A stretch of DNA of 64,000 nt from Octopus sinensis. Its lineage: Eukaryota. Under the pieces are notes generated by a model. It did no database searches and had not been told where the DNA came from. It saw only the letters and a program-made list of their open reading frames with translations. The position numbers and the translations under genes were made by a program. Where the stretch lies: contig NC_042998.1 of NCBI RefSeq assembly GCF_006345805.1, forward strand, positions 60,264,001 to 60,328,000, in the 5' to 3' direction. Numbering within the stretch: the first letter of the stretch is position 1; the number at the start of each line of letters is the position of its first letter. Below are positions 43,330-55,964 of the stretch, one piece after another.

Positions 43330-44976
43330 ATAAATATCTGAAGTTCTTAAATTTACATCTTCAGGCTCAGCAGCCCAGTTGAAATTTTGAATAATGAGCG
43401 AAAAATCAATTTATAACATGTTTGCTGTTCCTTATTTTATTTTTTACATTCATTGCTACTAATCGATTGTCTTTTGCGAAATCCTCTAAATTTCATATAT
43501 TCAGAGTCCGCAACGCACTTGAAATTTCGAAATTGTGTGAAATAAATAGCCTTTTCGGCTTGGGTTTCTTTATTGCGAAATGATTTTACCATTTGTTCAC
43601 TTATGAAGGTTGTGTCCTCCCTTTCATCAAAATACACGGCAGACAATGGTTTATTTGACCTACCTTCCTGCTGCAGAGATTTACGTTTTCTGGATCGTTT
43701 CCGCCTTACGTTCGATCTGTCTATAGCAGAAGAACGTTCACCAGATGTACTTGCAGTTACGTTGCTGATGACCGAACTTGTAAGAAGAGCAGCAGTACAC
43801 CAGTACGGTCACAGTCAGAAGCTAGTTTGGGGAATTTCATTCGTTTTATTAGTGCTTTTGAACTTACGTTTTTGTTGACGTCTTTTCGTTTCAAGAAAAA
43901 TGGAATAGGAAAATCTTCATCTTCGCCTGCTGATACATTTCCCGATTCAATGCTTGATGAAAACACTATCAATTCAGAATCTTTTGCTGGCGTTGAAGGG
44001 CAACTGTGATCTGGCCGATTTTTGTTTAGATACTGTTTGATCTATTCTACCATTTGTCCGTTGATCCTGTAAAAAATCTTGCTCTCTCTGTGGTTCTTTT
44101 TTTCTCTACTACAACAAAGGAGTTGCACTTGCAACAGGAAATGTCAAATAAATTATGCGTTGCATTGTTTTTAAACACATTACACTTTGTTTGAAACGAT
44201 GGCACATTTTTTTCTACTTTTCACAGAATTTAGTAATGCTTGGTACCTTAGATAAAAGTTTAAGATTTTCGGTTTAACTGAGTCAATCGTAACACAAGGG
44301 ATGGATGCCTTTAGCCAAAAAAGAATTTTTTCTGGTACAATCTTGACAGTTTGTGTAATTGAAGGATCTTTTTTAACTACATTCTTTTCTTTTTCTCGTT
44401 CAAATAAAACGCATTTTAGTACGTCCTTGCAAGTTGGTAAAAGTCACTCGCTAAGATCACATGGAGCACCAAATATTGGGCATTCAGTATCATGACACGT
44501 TATTGGCTTATGTGTCATCACTAAATGTAAACAACACTAAATTTAAGACGATCATTAATCTTAATTCAATGGCCTAAAGTCAAGGTACAAAGCAGAAAAC
44601 TCCCGACACGTACGACATACGACCACACGCAACGACCGTTGCAGCATCACTGGAGAGAAATTCACAATCCCGTTCTCTTTATAGTCAATGCGGAACGTCA
44701 AGATATTAGTCAATTATATTGAAACTTAGTATGCAACTTTTTAAGCGTACTATATTTAATGTTATGCATACTGATATGAAGAAATATGTATTCGTTACCA
44801 CTTACAATCCACGAAATCCAAAATTCGACCAAAAATAGCGATTTTTAAAATTTTCAATTGCGTTGCGGAGTCTGAAAAAGATATTTAATCGCAGAGTTCT
44901 TTATACACCTTTCTTTAAGCTCTAATATCAATTCTTAATTACCAATTTCGAAAGTTGCATTATTTCGCTCCTCCTA
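43330..44976 (-). mobile_element. Internally deleted hAT-superfamily (hATm-like) transposon
   Basis: CPIFG..LPTCKDVL..WLKASIP..LFDISCCKC..CDRTGV..IDRSNVRRKR..VYFDEREDT, then an abrupt jump to the 3' end; inverted subterminal motif TTCAGA(C/G)TCCGCAACGCA at 43500-43518 and 44859-44877; left end TAGGAGGAG. Confidence 0.75.
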
Positions 44977-44998
44977 ATGTATATATATATATATATTC

Positions 44999-45059
<61 letters not shown>

Positions 45060-46219
45060 GTATGTATGTATATATGTATGTATGTATGTATGTATATATG
45101 TATGTATGTATGTATGTATATATGTATGTATATGTATGTATGTATATACATACATATATGTATATATACATTTTATCATGTATCTTGTGTATATAGTATG
45201 TTATACACACTCATATACACACATTCACACACTCACACCCATTTAAGGGTTCTGACATCCTTTTTAGCACACTAACAAGAGGAGGAGGCATTTGAGATCC
45301 TTTGGATTCCTTAATGCACATCTAGTCTCTATGAACTATCCATCCCTCCTTCAAACACCACCTTCTAATCTCTGTCTTCAGCCCATTACCACACCACTGA
45401 ATCACATGTCCCCGATTCCAGCCTTCCCGTTGACTGCTACGTTTCCGAGATTTCAGTATAATTATTCTACCATCCTTCTTTTCCTTTCATACAACCAGTT
45501 GCACAAACCAGATCGAGATGTCGATCTGGATATATTTGTATAGCTCAACTGTATCACCGCTTATCATCTCATTTTTAAGATAATGATTACTATGCTATAT
45601 TTTGATAATGACATTTGCTCTAAAATATACCAAATGGTATGCATATCACGAGACATTCACTACAACGTAACAAAATACTTTTATATATAATCTAAAAGTG
45701 AGAGATCTCTAAAGCATGGCTAGATAGACAGACAGACAGGAAAGCAATGTGTGTATGCGTGTGTGTATATATATGTGTGTGTGTGTGTTGCAGATAGAAT
45801 CTGCAAAACAAATCTGCAAAGCAAAGTTGTGAAAATAAGCAAAATCTAAAGAGAAATAAGAATAAAATTTCATATATTCCTTTAGATTCCTTCCTAATAT
45901 ATTTTGACTAACCTTTTGCATACATTTTCTTGTTAATAATTATTTTGATAATTCCATTGTGTGTCTTTCTCTAAATTCGCTGAACTATATCTGAAAAGGC
46001 TGAACTATTGTTCATACTTTTCTTTGGTCTTCTTTCTATTTTGTCACTTCTGCTTCCATACTGACGTTGCAGTTTCTTTTCTTGAACGTTATTACTGCAT
46101 TTCACAATGTTTCATATAAATAATAATACATATTCACATATGTATATATGCAGTAATATGCACACACACACGCACACACAGACACAGACACACACACACA
46201 CTCATATATATATATAATA

Positions 46220-46266
<47 letters not shown>

Positions 46267-46490
46267 ATATACACATACATATATACATGCATTTTATATA
46301 CGTATGTGTGTGGAGGAGTAATATATATTATGCTAGGCGGCGGGCTAACAGAATCATTAGCAGTCCGGGTAGAATGCGTAACGACATTTCGTTCGTCTTT
46401 ACGTTCTGAGTTCAAATTCTGCCGAGGTCAATTTGTTTTTCATCCTGTCTGGCTGGCTTTTTGCCAAATTTAAAACCTATATATATAATA

Positions 46491-46547
<57 letters not shown>

Positions 46548-46548
46548 T

Positions 46549-47290
46549 AATAATAATAATAAAGGGTAAAATTAATTAATCAATTAATAATTAATAATTT
46601 TACCAAGTAGTTCGATATGTTAAAAGAACCATTATCGGTAAACTTATACATAAATTCTATAATTGTGAGCATAAATATAATTAGGGTTCAGCAAAATTTA
46701 CTTCATCACATACTGAAATTTAGAAATAGCAGTTAAAATGCTATTCTTCTGCCATAAGATATCTCTCAGAGAGCAATACTCAACAACACACGTAGGTAAA
46801 GAGAAAAAAATAACGAATCCACCCGGCTCAGATTAACTGTATACGCGTTTCGGGGTTAGCGCTATGTAAAAAATGTAAACTCATATTTCAACTCACTTAT
46901 TCCCTTCATCAGTACAGTATTTCAAATTCTAAATTTGAGAGCACTTATAATTAACATACGTATTCGATCAAGCGCCATCAAATAGCATATATCCAACGAC
47001 CACTACTTCCGAATTCAAACAGACGAATGAGATCTCGTATTGCTCCTCAATCACCCACGTGTGCCAACGAGTAAATTCCGCAGAAACTACAGTTTGCTAT
47101 CAGGGAGAGAATTATATTATCAATAATAATAAAGGGTAAAATTAATTAATCAATTAATAATAAATTATTTTACCAAGTAGTTCGGTAAACTTATACATAA
47201 ATTCTATAATTATTAGCATAATTATAATTAGGATTCAGCAAAATTTGCTTCACCACATACCGAAATTTAGAAATAGCAGTTGAAATACTA
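46549..47290 (-). mobile_element. Direct-repeat (pLTR-like) element with an internal hammerhead
   Basis: About 180-bp direct repeats at 46549-46740 and 47122-47290; partial inverted copy at 43141-43215. Confidence 0.7.
46836..46918 (-). ncRNA. Type I hammerhead ribozyme motif
   Basis: ACUGUA|CUGAUGA|A GGG..CCC|GAA|ACGCGU|A|UACAGU: perfect 6-bp stem I, palindromic stem III, GUA cleavage triplet (46842/46841). Confidence 0.85.
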
Positions 47291-48069
47291 AGGGTGGTTT
47301 TCTCTCCCACCTTTTCCTATTCTTCTCCTCTCCTTTTCAGCGTTCCCTCTCTCTCACTTCTCCTCCTCAACTCTCTCGTCGCTGATACGTGACGAAAGAT
47401 AATCTGTCTTTCTGCCCACAACCTTCGAAAAGAAAGGACGTGCTTATACTGTCTCCTTCATAAACTCGTCTTCCTCGCGTTCAGAATATTTTTTCTATCG
47501 TATGGGCTCACCGTTTGTTTTTACTGTTTCGTTCTCACCATTTGTTTTTACTGTTTTGTTCTCATTGTCCTGTTCTTGTTACCAATTTCATCCTCCGCAA
47601 AAAATTTCAAATTTTATTTAATTTGCTTCGCAGGAAGAAGTGTTTCAACGAAATCGCATCATGTCCTTGCCTTCGACGTGGTGTAGATGAAACAGGGACA
47701 GCTGAAGAAGCGGTATATTTTTTATGTTGTATGTCTGTATAAATGTTCTGAAAACTATTCACAGCCTTGGATTTTTTATCTCATTCTGTCAATTTTATAT
47801 ATGTATGTATGTATGTATATATGCATGCATGTATGTATGTATATATGTATGTATCGGTGTGTGTGTCTTTGTGGCTGTGTTTGCCCCCATCACCGCTTGA
47901 TAACAGGTGTATTAACATCCCCGTAACTTAGTGGTTCGGCCAATGAGGCCAATAGAATAACTATCAGGCTGGACAAATAAGTTCCAGCGTGATTTTTTCG
48001 ACTAAAACGCTTCAAGGTGGTGCTGCAGCATGGCGACAGTGAAATGACTGAAACCAATAAAATATAAAA

Positions 48070-48760
48070 GATGAATCATAAACGATTTATGACAAAGCTC
48101 CCTGAAATGGGCTTTATAGCTACCCTACAATCTAATCTGAACTCAATGTGGTAATGTTTTACTGACTGGCAACTCAAGTTGGCTTTAAACAAGTGCAGTA
48201 TTATGCATTTTGGCAGGAAAAACAAAAAGGAATTTACCTACTCCCTCTATCACACCAACCCTAAAATCGACAAAATAACCGAAGTTGTTTTTGTATCAAC
48301 CAGTAAGACATTTGGTCAGCTGTTCACCAACTATCAATCCAAGGGTATATATGGATATGGTACGTCCATACTTACACTTTGCATCTCTAGTCTGCAACTC
48401 CCCTCTCTAGAATATCGATGTACAAGAAGCTGTCCAAAGACGAACAAATAGTTGAATACCCGCTATCAATAACTTAGTCTTACTTCTTCTAGGTTTCAAA
48501 GTCATGATAGCAGCGCACACGATTATTCACGATCTTTCCAGCCATAACTTTGGCCACGTTTTGAATTATTTCTACCACTCATGGACAAGCTTATAAAATC
48601 AAAACAAAGTGAAGCACCCATAGCTTTTGTAATCATTTTCTCACGCTCAGAATTGTCCGAGCACATAAACTACATCCGTTAGACACTGCATCTCCCCGAA
48701 ATTCCTTGCTTCCTGCAACTCACCGGCACTATTCTTGACACACATGTGCACACCTTTCCT
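48070..48760 (+). mobile_element. CR1/L2-type LINE 3' remnant
   Basis: WQLKLALNKCSIMHFGRKN and LPSLEYR motifs. Confidence 0.7.
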
Positions 48761-48788
48761 ATTTGTGACTCTTTTACTGTTCACTTCT

Positions 48789-48821
<33 letters not shown>

Positions 48822-48833
48822 CTGTGTGTGTGT

Positions 48834-48869
<36 letters not shown>

Positions 48870-49511
48870 CTGTGTGTGTGCCTGTGTGTGTGTGTGTGTT
48901 ATATCCTGTGTATTATGGATGCACTTTTGGCTATCATTGCAGTCTTTCTTTATTTGACTTGTTGCTTATTTCATCGTTTACCTTCTTCTAATGAGTTGTA
49001 GTATACCTGGTCACTATATTCAATATGCTGTTTATTATTATCGAGCTGGCAGAACCGTTAGCGCATCGGACAGAATGCTTAGAGGCTTTTCTTGCAGCAA
49101 TTATGTTTTGGACTCAAATCTTGGCATAATTGAAACTGCTTTTCATCCTTTTGGAGCTGGTAAAATAAAGTACTAGTCAAATACTAAGATCAATGTCATT
49201 TGGAGATGAAGGGTTAGTCGAATAGATTGACGACTGTACTTTACTGATACTTTACTTTATCGGCCCTTGAGGGATGAAAACCAAAGTTGAGGTCTGTAGA
49301 ATTCGTACTCATGATATAAAGAGCTGTAATAAATACTACATGGCACTTTCTCTGACGATCTGACCATCCTGCTAATTTACGGTCAACTATAATTATCATT
49401 TATAGCATAGGTATAATGCCGCAAGTAATAAAAGCAAATAATAAAATATCAATTTTTGCAATCTGAAAATATTGAAATTCGAACAAAAGTTCTTGTTTAT
49501 AAAATACAAAC

Positions 49512-49577
49512 CTGTGTGGTTTCTGATCCTAACCAAAAGTGTATGTATCTGGAGGTGTGTCCACAGTCGGCTCTCAG
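49512..49577 (-). CDS. Gelsolin/villin-like gene, first exon recovered in the window (G1)
   Basis: ttcgttatAG / GTTTGT; 66 nt, phase 0 to 0; LRADCGHTSRYIHFWLGSETTQ joins in frame to DEAG... Confidence 0.95.
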
Positions 49578-49877
49578 CTATAACGAAATAATAATTGAAA
49601 GACAATATTATATTCATAAGAAACTGAATAATTGTACAACATAAAAATATATAGTGGTTGTTGCTGTTGTTGTTGTTGTTGCTGCTGCTGCGTACATTTA
49701 TATTGTATCTGTAATTGCTGAATTAAATTATAAGTACTCTGTAAAAATGTTTCGATTGTATATGTATGTGCTGGTGTATATATCTATACATGTGCTTGTG
49801 TGTTTGTATGTATGTGTGTTTATGTGTGTACATGTATGCATATGCATGCATATGCATGTATATAAACGTATGCATGT

Positions 49878-49934
<57 letters not shown>

Positions 49935-49936
49935 AT

Positions 49937-50160
49937 ATTTCGGAATGGTCATTTTGCCAGTTTAGCCAATAAAAACACACGCACTATATATTTGGTGTTA
50001 CTTTGCTTCAGTGTTATTTATTTTTTACATTGACGAAAGAACTCTGGCCGAAATAAGATTAAGATTAATGTAAAAAATAAATAACACTGAAGCAAAGTAA
50101 CACCAAATATATAGTGCGTGTGTTTTTATTGGCTAAACTGGCAAAATGACTATTCCGAAT
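49937..50160. repeat. Near-perfect fold-back (about 90-bp arms) abutting (TA)n
   Basis: TTAGCCAATAAAAACACACGCACTATATATTTGGTG... is mirrored at about 50068-50160. Confidence 0.93.
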
Positions 50161-50224
50161 TATAAGAATATCTGTTTCAACACACGACTTCACATAAAAA
50201 ATCTTGCACAACAAATATTTAAAC

Positions 50225-50265
<41 letters not shown>

Positions 50266-50269
<4 letters not shown>

Positions 50270-50562
50270 CATAAATAAGGGCAAACGAAGGGCATGACTT
50301 AGTATTCGCTTCCTCCATGGGTATGAGTAAGTATCTCATTTATTTCTTTTGCCACATGTATCACTGACGAAAGGAGGGCTGTTATAAGCTAACCCTGAAA
50401 TCGGTCCGATATGGTAATAATGGAATGTTTTAGAAATTTCTGTCGACCTTTTTTCGAGTAGCGTGCATATTGTGAAAAAATTATATGGTTAATGGACAAT
50501 ATGTCCAATTTTTCGGCATATCTGGCATTAGAAATTTTTTCGTTTGCCCTTATTTATGAATT
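50266..50562 (+). mobile_element. 297-bp element with 24-bp perfect terminal inverted repeats and an internal hammerhead
   Basis: AATTCATAAATAAGGGCAAACGAA / TTCGTTTGCCCTTATTTATGAATT; (TA)n on the left. Confidence 0.8.
50359..50416 (+). ncRNA. Type I hammerhead ribozyme motif
   Basis: UAUCA|CUGACGA|A AGGAGGGCU-GUUAUA-AGCUAACCCU|GAA|AUCG-GUC-CGAU|A|UGGUA; cleavage predicted after 50411. Confidence 0.78.
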
Positions 50563-50663
50563 GTTTATAGATTTAACCTTTGAAGGTATTTTTTGATATG
50601 CTGGCCATTGATAAAATTTATTTGGGAAAATAATTTTTTTCGAAAAAAATTTAATCCTTCATT

Positions 50664-50757
<94 letters not shown>

Positions 50758-50793
50758 ATTATATATGTATGTATATATATATGTATATATATA

Positions 50794-50837
<44 letters not shown>

Positions 50838-51377
50838 AACATATTCATACACAAATGTATGGATATGTAAAATAAAATTCATCTCTTCATTTTAAATGGT
50901 TAACTTTGATTCAACAATATAGGCAACACATAATGCATAAATTATCTTTTATAATAAATACTATTTCGTTTTTAATAATTAATTCTTCATAAGTCCGCTG
51001 GCTATTTGCGATATCAGTGTCTGAAATTATGCTGGTATTTTATATAATGTAGCAGCAAGATTTGGCCTACATGCGATGACCAGGCGCATCCCACTTATGA
51101 TTTCCAGCAGAATGAAATTCAGGATTCTTGTTTGTTATGCTCTATGTATGTACTTTTACGCTCCATGTGCCTATATGAGAGGATGTCTCAAGTTCAATAT
51201 TGGAGTATTCGGTGTTCTGTATAAAGTTGGTTATAAAGATTACCTTTTAATATTAATAAGCTGTTGGCTCGACTAGTAGACTCTGATTATAACTCACAAA
51301 CACAGAATTTACGATGATTGCGGTGCATCAAATTTAGAGAGAAATATCTCGAGAATGTGAGGATGTGTATTTCGAGG

Positions 51378-51422
<45 letters not shown>

Positions 51423-51474
51423 GGCGAAAGTACGGATAATTTGTTACTTCCCTTCTTGTATGTATGTATGTATG

Positions 51475-51550
<76 letters not shown>

Positions 51551-51555
<5 letters not shown>

Positions 51556-51726
51556 AGGGTATCTAAAAGATACCGCCACGCTGGAAATAGCAGCCAAAAC
51601 CTGACTCTAAAACCATATTAAATGTTCATACAGCACCAGGAGAGTGCAGTATGAACATTTAATGTGGCTTTAGAGTCAGGTTTGGCTGCTATTCTAGCGT
51701 GCGGTATCACTTAGGTACCCTAAATT
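51551..51726. repeat. 176-bp fold-back abutting (TA)n
   Basis: AATTTAGGGTA...TACCCTAAATT; arms pair almost throughout. Confidence 0.92.
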
Positions 51727-52099
51727 GTAATTTTAATAATAATTATTACCTTTGAAGGTTTTTATTCCCATGCTGGCCACTTGATGAGATCGATATTTAA
51801 ATTAACGATCTTATCATTATTTATTTGAATTTATATATATATATATATATAATTCGTATTGACAAAAACTTTGATGTTTCGGCCTGCTTAACTTCCATCA
51901 GACTCTAAGCCGGTCGCAACGACGAAGTCACTTTCAATATTATTCTTGTTTAAGAATAATAAATGAGTACTCTACAATAAGTATTGAATAATCATTCAGT
52001 GTAAAATTATTTATATTATAAGTTGAGATAAAAACAAATATTTATAAAGGGTAAAAATCTCCTTCGGTCACGAATGACCATGAAGTTGCATCCAGAAAG

Positions 52100-52400
52100 T
52101 TCCCATTCCTCGGCACAAGGAAAATATAATCTTTCGCGGCAAAGATCACAAGAATAACCAATATTATACGATGGTGCATACTAATAATGGACCACTTTAA
52201 ATCATATTTAATATTCTTATCCTTAGAATTACATTTTCTTAGAATTACATTTTCGTCTATACTTAAAGGAATTAGAATGATTATAAAAATCTAGTTCTCT
52301 GACTAGTAGCAGAAGAACCAATATACCAATACTTATGATGCCTAGCTATTACTTCACACTGATATACTATATTTTTCTTTAATCACTGATTTAAAAACTG
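52100..52400 (-). mobile_element. Penelope-like element GIY-YIG endonuclease remnant
   Basis: NIVYQCEV..YWYIGSS..RF(Y)NHSNSF..KDKNIKYDLKWSII..APSYN..CDLC with frameshifts. Confidence 0.8.
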
Positions 52401-53305
52401 GTATTTCAACTTGTAATCATTGCTTTGAAGAATTATATTTTATAATTACTTCTAAATTAACTTTATCAAAGTTTAATGGGCATTTAACTTTAAGATGTTG
52501 TCATAGATTTAGAAAGACATTCAAATATTTCAATTATTAATTATAATAATCTTTTAATTAGTTATTATATAATAAGGTTAGTTTCTATTAAAATGCTTAT
52601 TATAATGAGTAAGTAATTAATTATAGCGATATAAAGTATCTAAGCTTCGATTAAGCATAACGTAGATTTCTTATCTATAATTTTTCTCTTTAATTATCCA
52701 CCAAGATCATCAACATTGTATATATTATTAATTATAGTAATTTTTCAGTAATTATATAATAATTTCAATTCCCATAAAAGGTTATAATATAAACATAAAT
52801 AGGCATTTAATTATCTTAACCGTTATCTTTATTCTTTAGTTATCTAGTATAGTCATCAATAATTGTATATGCTATATTTAATTACAATATTTTTAATAAT
52901 TATATAATAAGGTTAATTCCTATATAAGAGTTTTTTATAATGAATAAATAAGTATTTGGTTGTCTGTTCTCTGGTTTATATATTTTAATTATTCAGTGAG
53001 ATCCTCGGTTGTTGTAGATGTTGTTTAATACAACACTTCTTCAGTTATTATAAAATAATGTTAATTCAATTAGAAGGATTTATTGTATTAAATAAATAGA
53101 TAAATAAATAACTAGATAACTAATTATTGCGACGTAAAGTATTTAACTTTCTATTAAGCATAATGTAGAAGTCTTGTTTGCAGATTTTGTTCTTTCGATA
53201 TCCAGTGACGTCATTAATTTTAGTAGATAAATACATTCATTTTCTACCTGAAGTTTTTTCTTATATGCAGATTTCAAATTGTCAAAAAATACATTATATG
53301 ATTAT

Positions 53306-53381
<76 letters not shown>

Positions 53382-53461
53382 TTAGAGACAAAACCACTAT
53401 TTTGTAAATCAAACAAGGAAGACTTAATCAATACATAAAAAAATTTTAATATAAAGTAAAT

Positions 53462-53515
53462 AAATCGCCACTACAATTGTTTCCTGTCTTCAAATGACAT
53501 TCATCAGGCGGATTT
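53462..53515 (-). ncRNA. Type I hammerhead-like motif (left arm)
   Basis: AAAUCCGC|CUGAUGA|A UGUC-AUUUGAA-GACA G|GAA|ACAAUUGU|A|GUGG CG AUUU; A.G juxtaposition at the base of stem II. Confidence 0.65.
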
Positions 53516-53864
53516 CATATCTAAAAATATCAATTTCTTTAAAAAATAAATTTAAAATGGCTAAAACTATAATAATAAATTTATCAATGAAAAAATATAA
53601 AAATATATAATCTATGCATAATCTATATATAATCTATATATAATCAATATATAATCAAGAACTAAAATAACCTCTATAAACAAATTTATATTCATTTGTT
53701 TATAGAGGTTATTTTAGTTCTTGATTATATATTGATTATATATAGATTATATATAGATTATGTATAGATTATATATTTTTATATTTTTTCATTGATAAAT
53801 TTATTATTTATAGTTTTAGCCATTTTAAATTTTTTTTTTTTTTAAATTGATATTTTTAGATATG

Positions 53865-53918
53865 AAATCCACATGATGAATGTCATTTGAAGACAGGAAA
53901 CAATTGTAGTGGCGATTT
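53865..53918 (+). ncRNA. Hammerhead-like motif (right arm), core C3 mutated to A
   Basis: AAAUCCAC|AUGAUGA|...GAAACAAUUGUA|GUGGCGAUUU. Confidence 0.5.
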
Positions 53919-53939
53919 ATTTACTTTATATTAAAATTT

Positions 53940-54160
53940 AACCCCGGTAAACAAGCAACACCGCGCGTGAAACAATATCTTCATCCGCGTAAAACGATGT
54001 TGTGCGTATGGTGGGACTGGGAAGGGATTATCATGTTGAACGTTGGGAAGTTGTAAACAACAAGGGTGAATACATTACTGATTAATTAGTTGTTATATTT
54101 TATTACCTTTTAAAAAATTAAATTTTAAAAAACAGCGGGAACTTAGTTGCCAACCCTATA
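53940..54160 (+). mobile_element. Internally deleted mariner fragment with 3' TIR
   Basis: PRVKQYLHPRKTMLCVWWDWEGII followed by GGGAACTTAGTTGCCAACCCTATA-TA. Confidence 0.75.
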
Positions 54161-55305
54161 TATGGACTGAAGGAAGCGAAGATGTGTACTATCACGTAGC
54201 CTTTTTAGCTTTGATATCTCCGCATTGAGATTTTCAAAGAAGTAAGAAGGCAAACCTAGAGTATCAATAAACGGAATAAACGTTAACAAGTTTAGGTTTA
54301 CAAGCAGTTCTGCAATATTAAACTTGTTACTATGGTAAATAATATTTTTTAAAAGCATTTTATTGAATGGGGACGAAGCTAAGAAGCCAAAATCAATGAT
54401 GATCAGCCAGAAACAAAACTAAGCAAATATTGCATCTGAAGGAAAGCCCATTTAACAGACACGAAAAGTAGTATACATGAGATAAACGCAATCATAAAAC
54501 TAGACATGTGAAGCAGAAATCAAAGGGAGGCTTTAGATAACTGGAAAATTAGTTGAATTACTTACATCATGAAGCATTAATATGGTAACCTGGGAAATAT
54601 TAAAATGTTATGTGTGGTCGTCTCTGCTACTTTGAAACATGGACATTAACAAAAGTATTATCACATAGATTATAAGCCTTTGAGATGTAGGAGTATGTAA
54701 GGTATTTGAGAATATCAAAGTTTGAAGGTCAAAACAGAGAAACCTTTGATAAAGTAATATATAGGACAGAAACTGAAAATGTTTTATCGGAGAAAAATAA
54801 CAAGTTTTGGACACTTAATTAGAAACACGACTTAGGAAGGTTTTTAAGAGAAGGCAAAATGAATAGAGAAAAGGAGAGAAAAACCAAGAATTATCAAAAA
54901 ATGGTCAGATTTAAAATAGAGAGAATATATATTAGGAGAGTACGAGATAGACTGTGATGGTTATCGTTGATATTCAATCGATTGAAGAGGAATGATACCT
55001 GATGATACACACACACATATGCATATATGTGGTTGCATATAATGAATGCTTTTACGCATAATTGCGTTGTTAAGAAACTTGCTTTGCAATCACATGGTTT
55101 CGGGTTGAGTTTTACTGCGCGGCACCTCGAGCAATTTTTTCTGCTATAGCTCCAGGCGGATCAATGACTTGGGAATGAATTTGATAGACGGAAACGGTGC
55201 GGAAACCTGTCGTGTGCGTGTGGACACCCACGCACACACACATGTATATACACACATATATATATATATATATATATCTGTGTGTGCGTATATATATGTA
55301 GGTAC

Positions 55306-55378
<73 letters not shown>

Positions 55379-55426
55379 GGGGAGAGAAAGAGAGAGAGAT
55401 AATATGTGACAATTATTTGGTAGCCA

Positions 55427-55489
55427 TGATAAAACTCCGAGTTTCGCATGTCGGGGCGGAAACCCACGCCGGCATCTCTTCAGTTATCA
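55427..55489 (-). ncRNA. Type I hammerhead ribozyme motif
   Basis: UGAUAA|CUGAAGA|GAUG..CAU G C|GAA|ACUC-G-GAGU|U|UUAUCA; 6-bp stem I. Confidence 0.75.
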
Positions 55490-55901
55490 GGCCATCAAAA
55501 AGTGCTATGAAAATGACTGTTAAACAAAGGGAGATTAATGTGTGATTAACTGTTATTAAGACAAAAGAACTATTTGAATGACTACTATTAGAATGACCGC
55601 TTGTGTCTGTTTGCGAACGTGTAAGCAGATATGCATATATTTTTTGGCGAATGTGTGTGTGTGAGCTTGTGTATGTTGCAAGTGAGGGTGGATGTGTATA
55701 TACATATAGGCACATTACGTGGGTGTGCGGGCGCGCATGTGTATGTATGGACATGCACGCTTACGCGATTGCTATGAACATTTTTACTCCATCCCCTTAT
55801 TTAGCGGTCATTCTAAATGCTCTTTTGTCTTAATAACGGTCAATCACACAATAAATTTCACTTTGTTTAACGGTCATTTTCATAGCATTTTTTTGATGGC
55901 C

Positions 55902-55964
55902 TGATAACTGAAGAGATGCCGGCGTGGGTTTCCGTCCCGACATCCGAAACTCGGAGTTTTATCA
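55902..55964 (+). ncRNA. Type I hammerhead ribozyme motif
   Basis: UGAUAA|CUGAAGA|GAUG..CAUC C|GAA|ACUC-G-GAGU|U|UUAUCA; GUU cleavage triplet (after 55958). Confidence 0.78.

Larger units (their letters stand above)
53441..53938. repeat. About 500-bp palindrome carrying a hammerhead motif in each arm
   Basis: Centre near 53690; hammerheads at 53462-53515 (-) and 53865-53918 (+). Confidence 0.92.

Noticed and set aside
50030-50068. UUGACGA..GAAA in the loop of the 49.9-kb fold-back
   Set aside because: C3 is missing and stems I and II do not pair convincingly.
54564-54588. 24-nt AG...GTAAG micro-exon candidate upstream of exon 49577
   Set aside because: Lacks the expected GDSY motif; no support.
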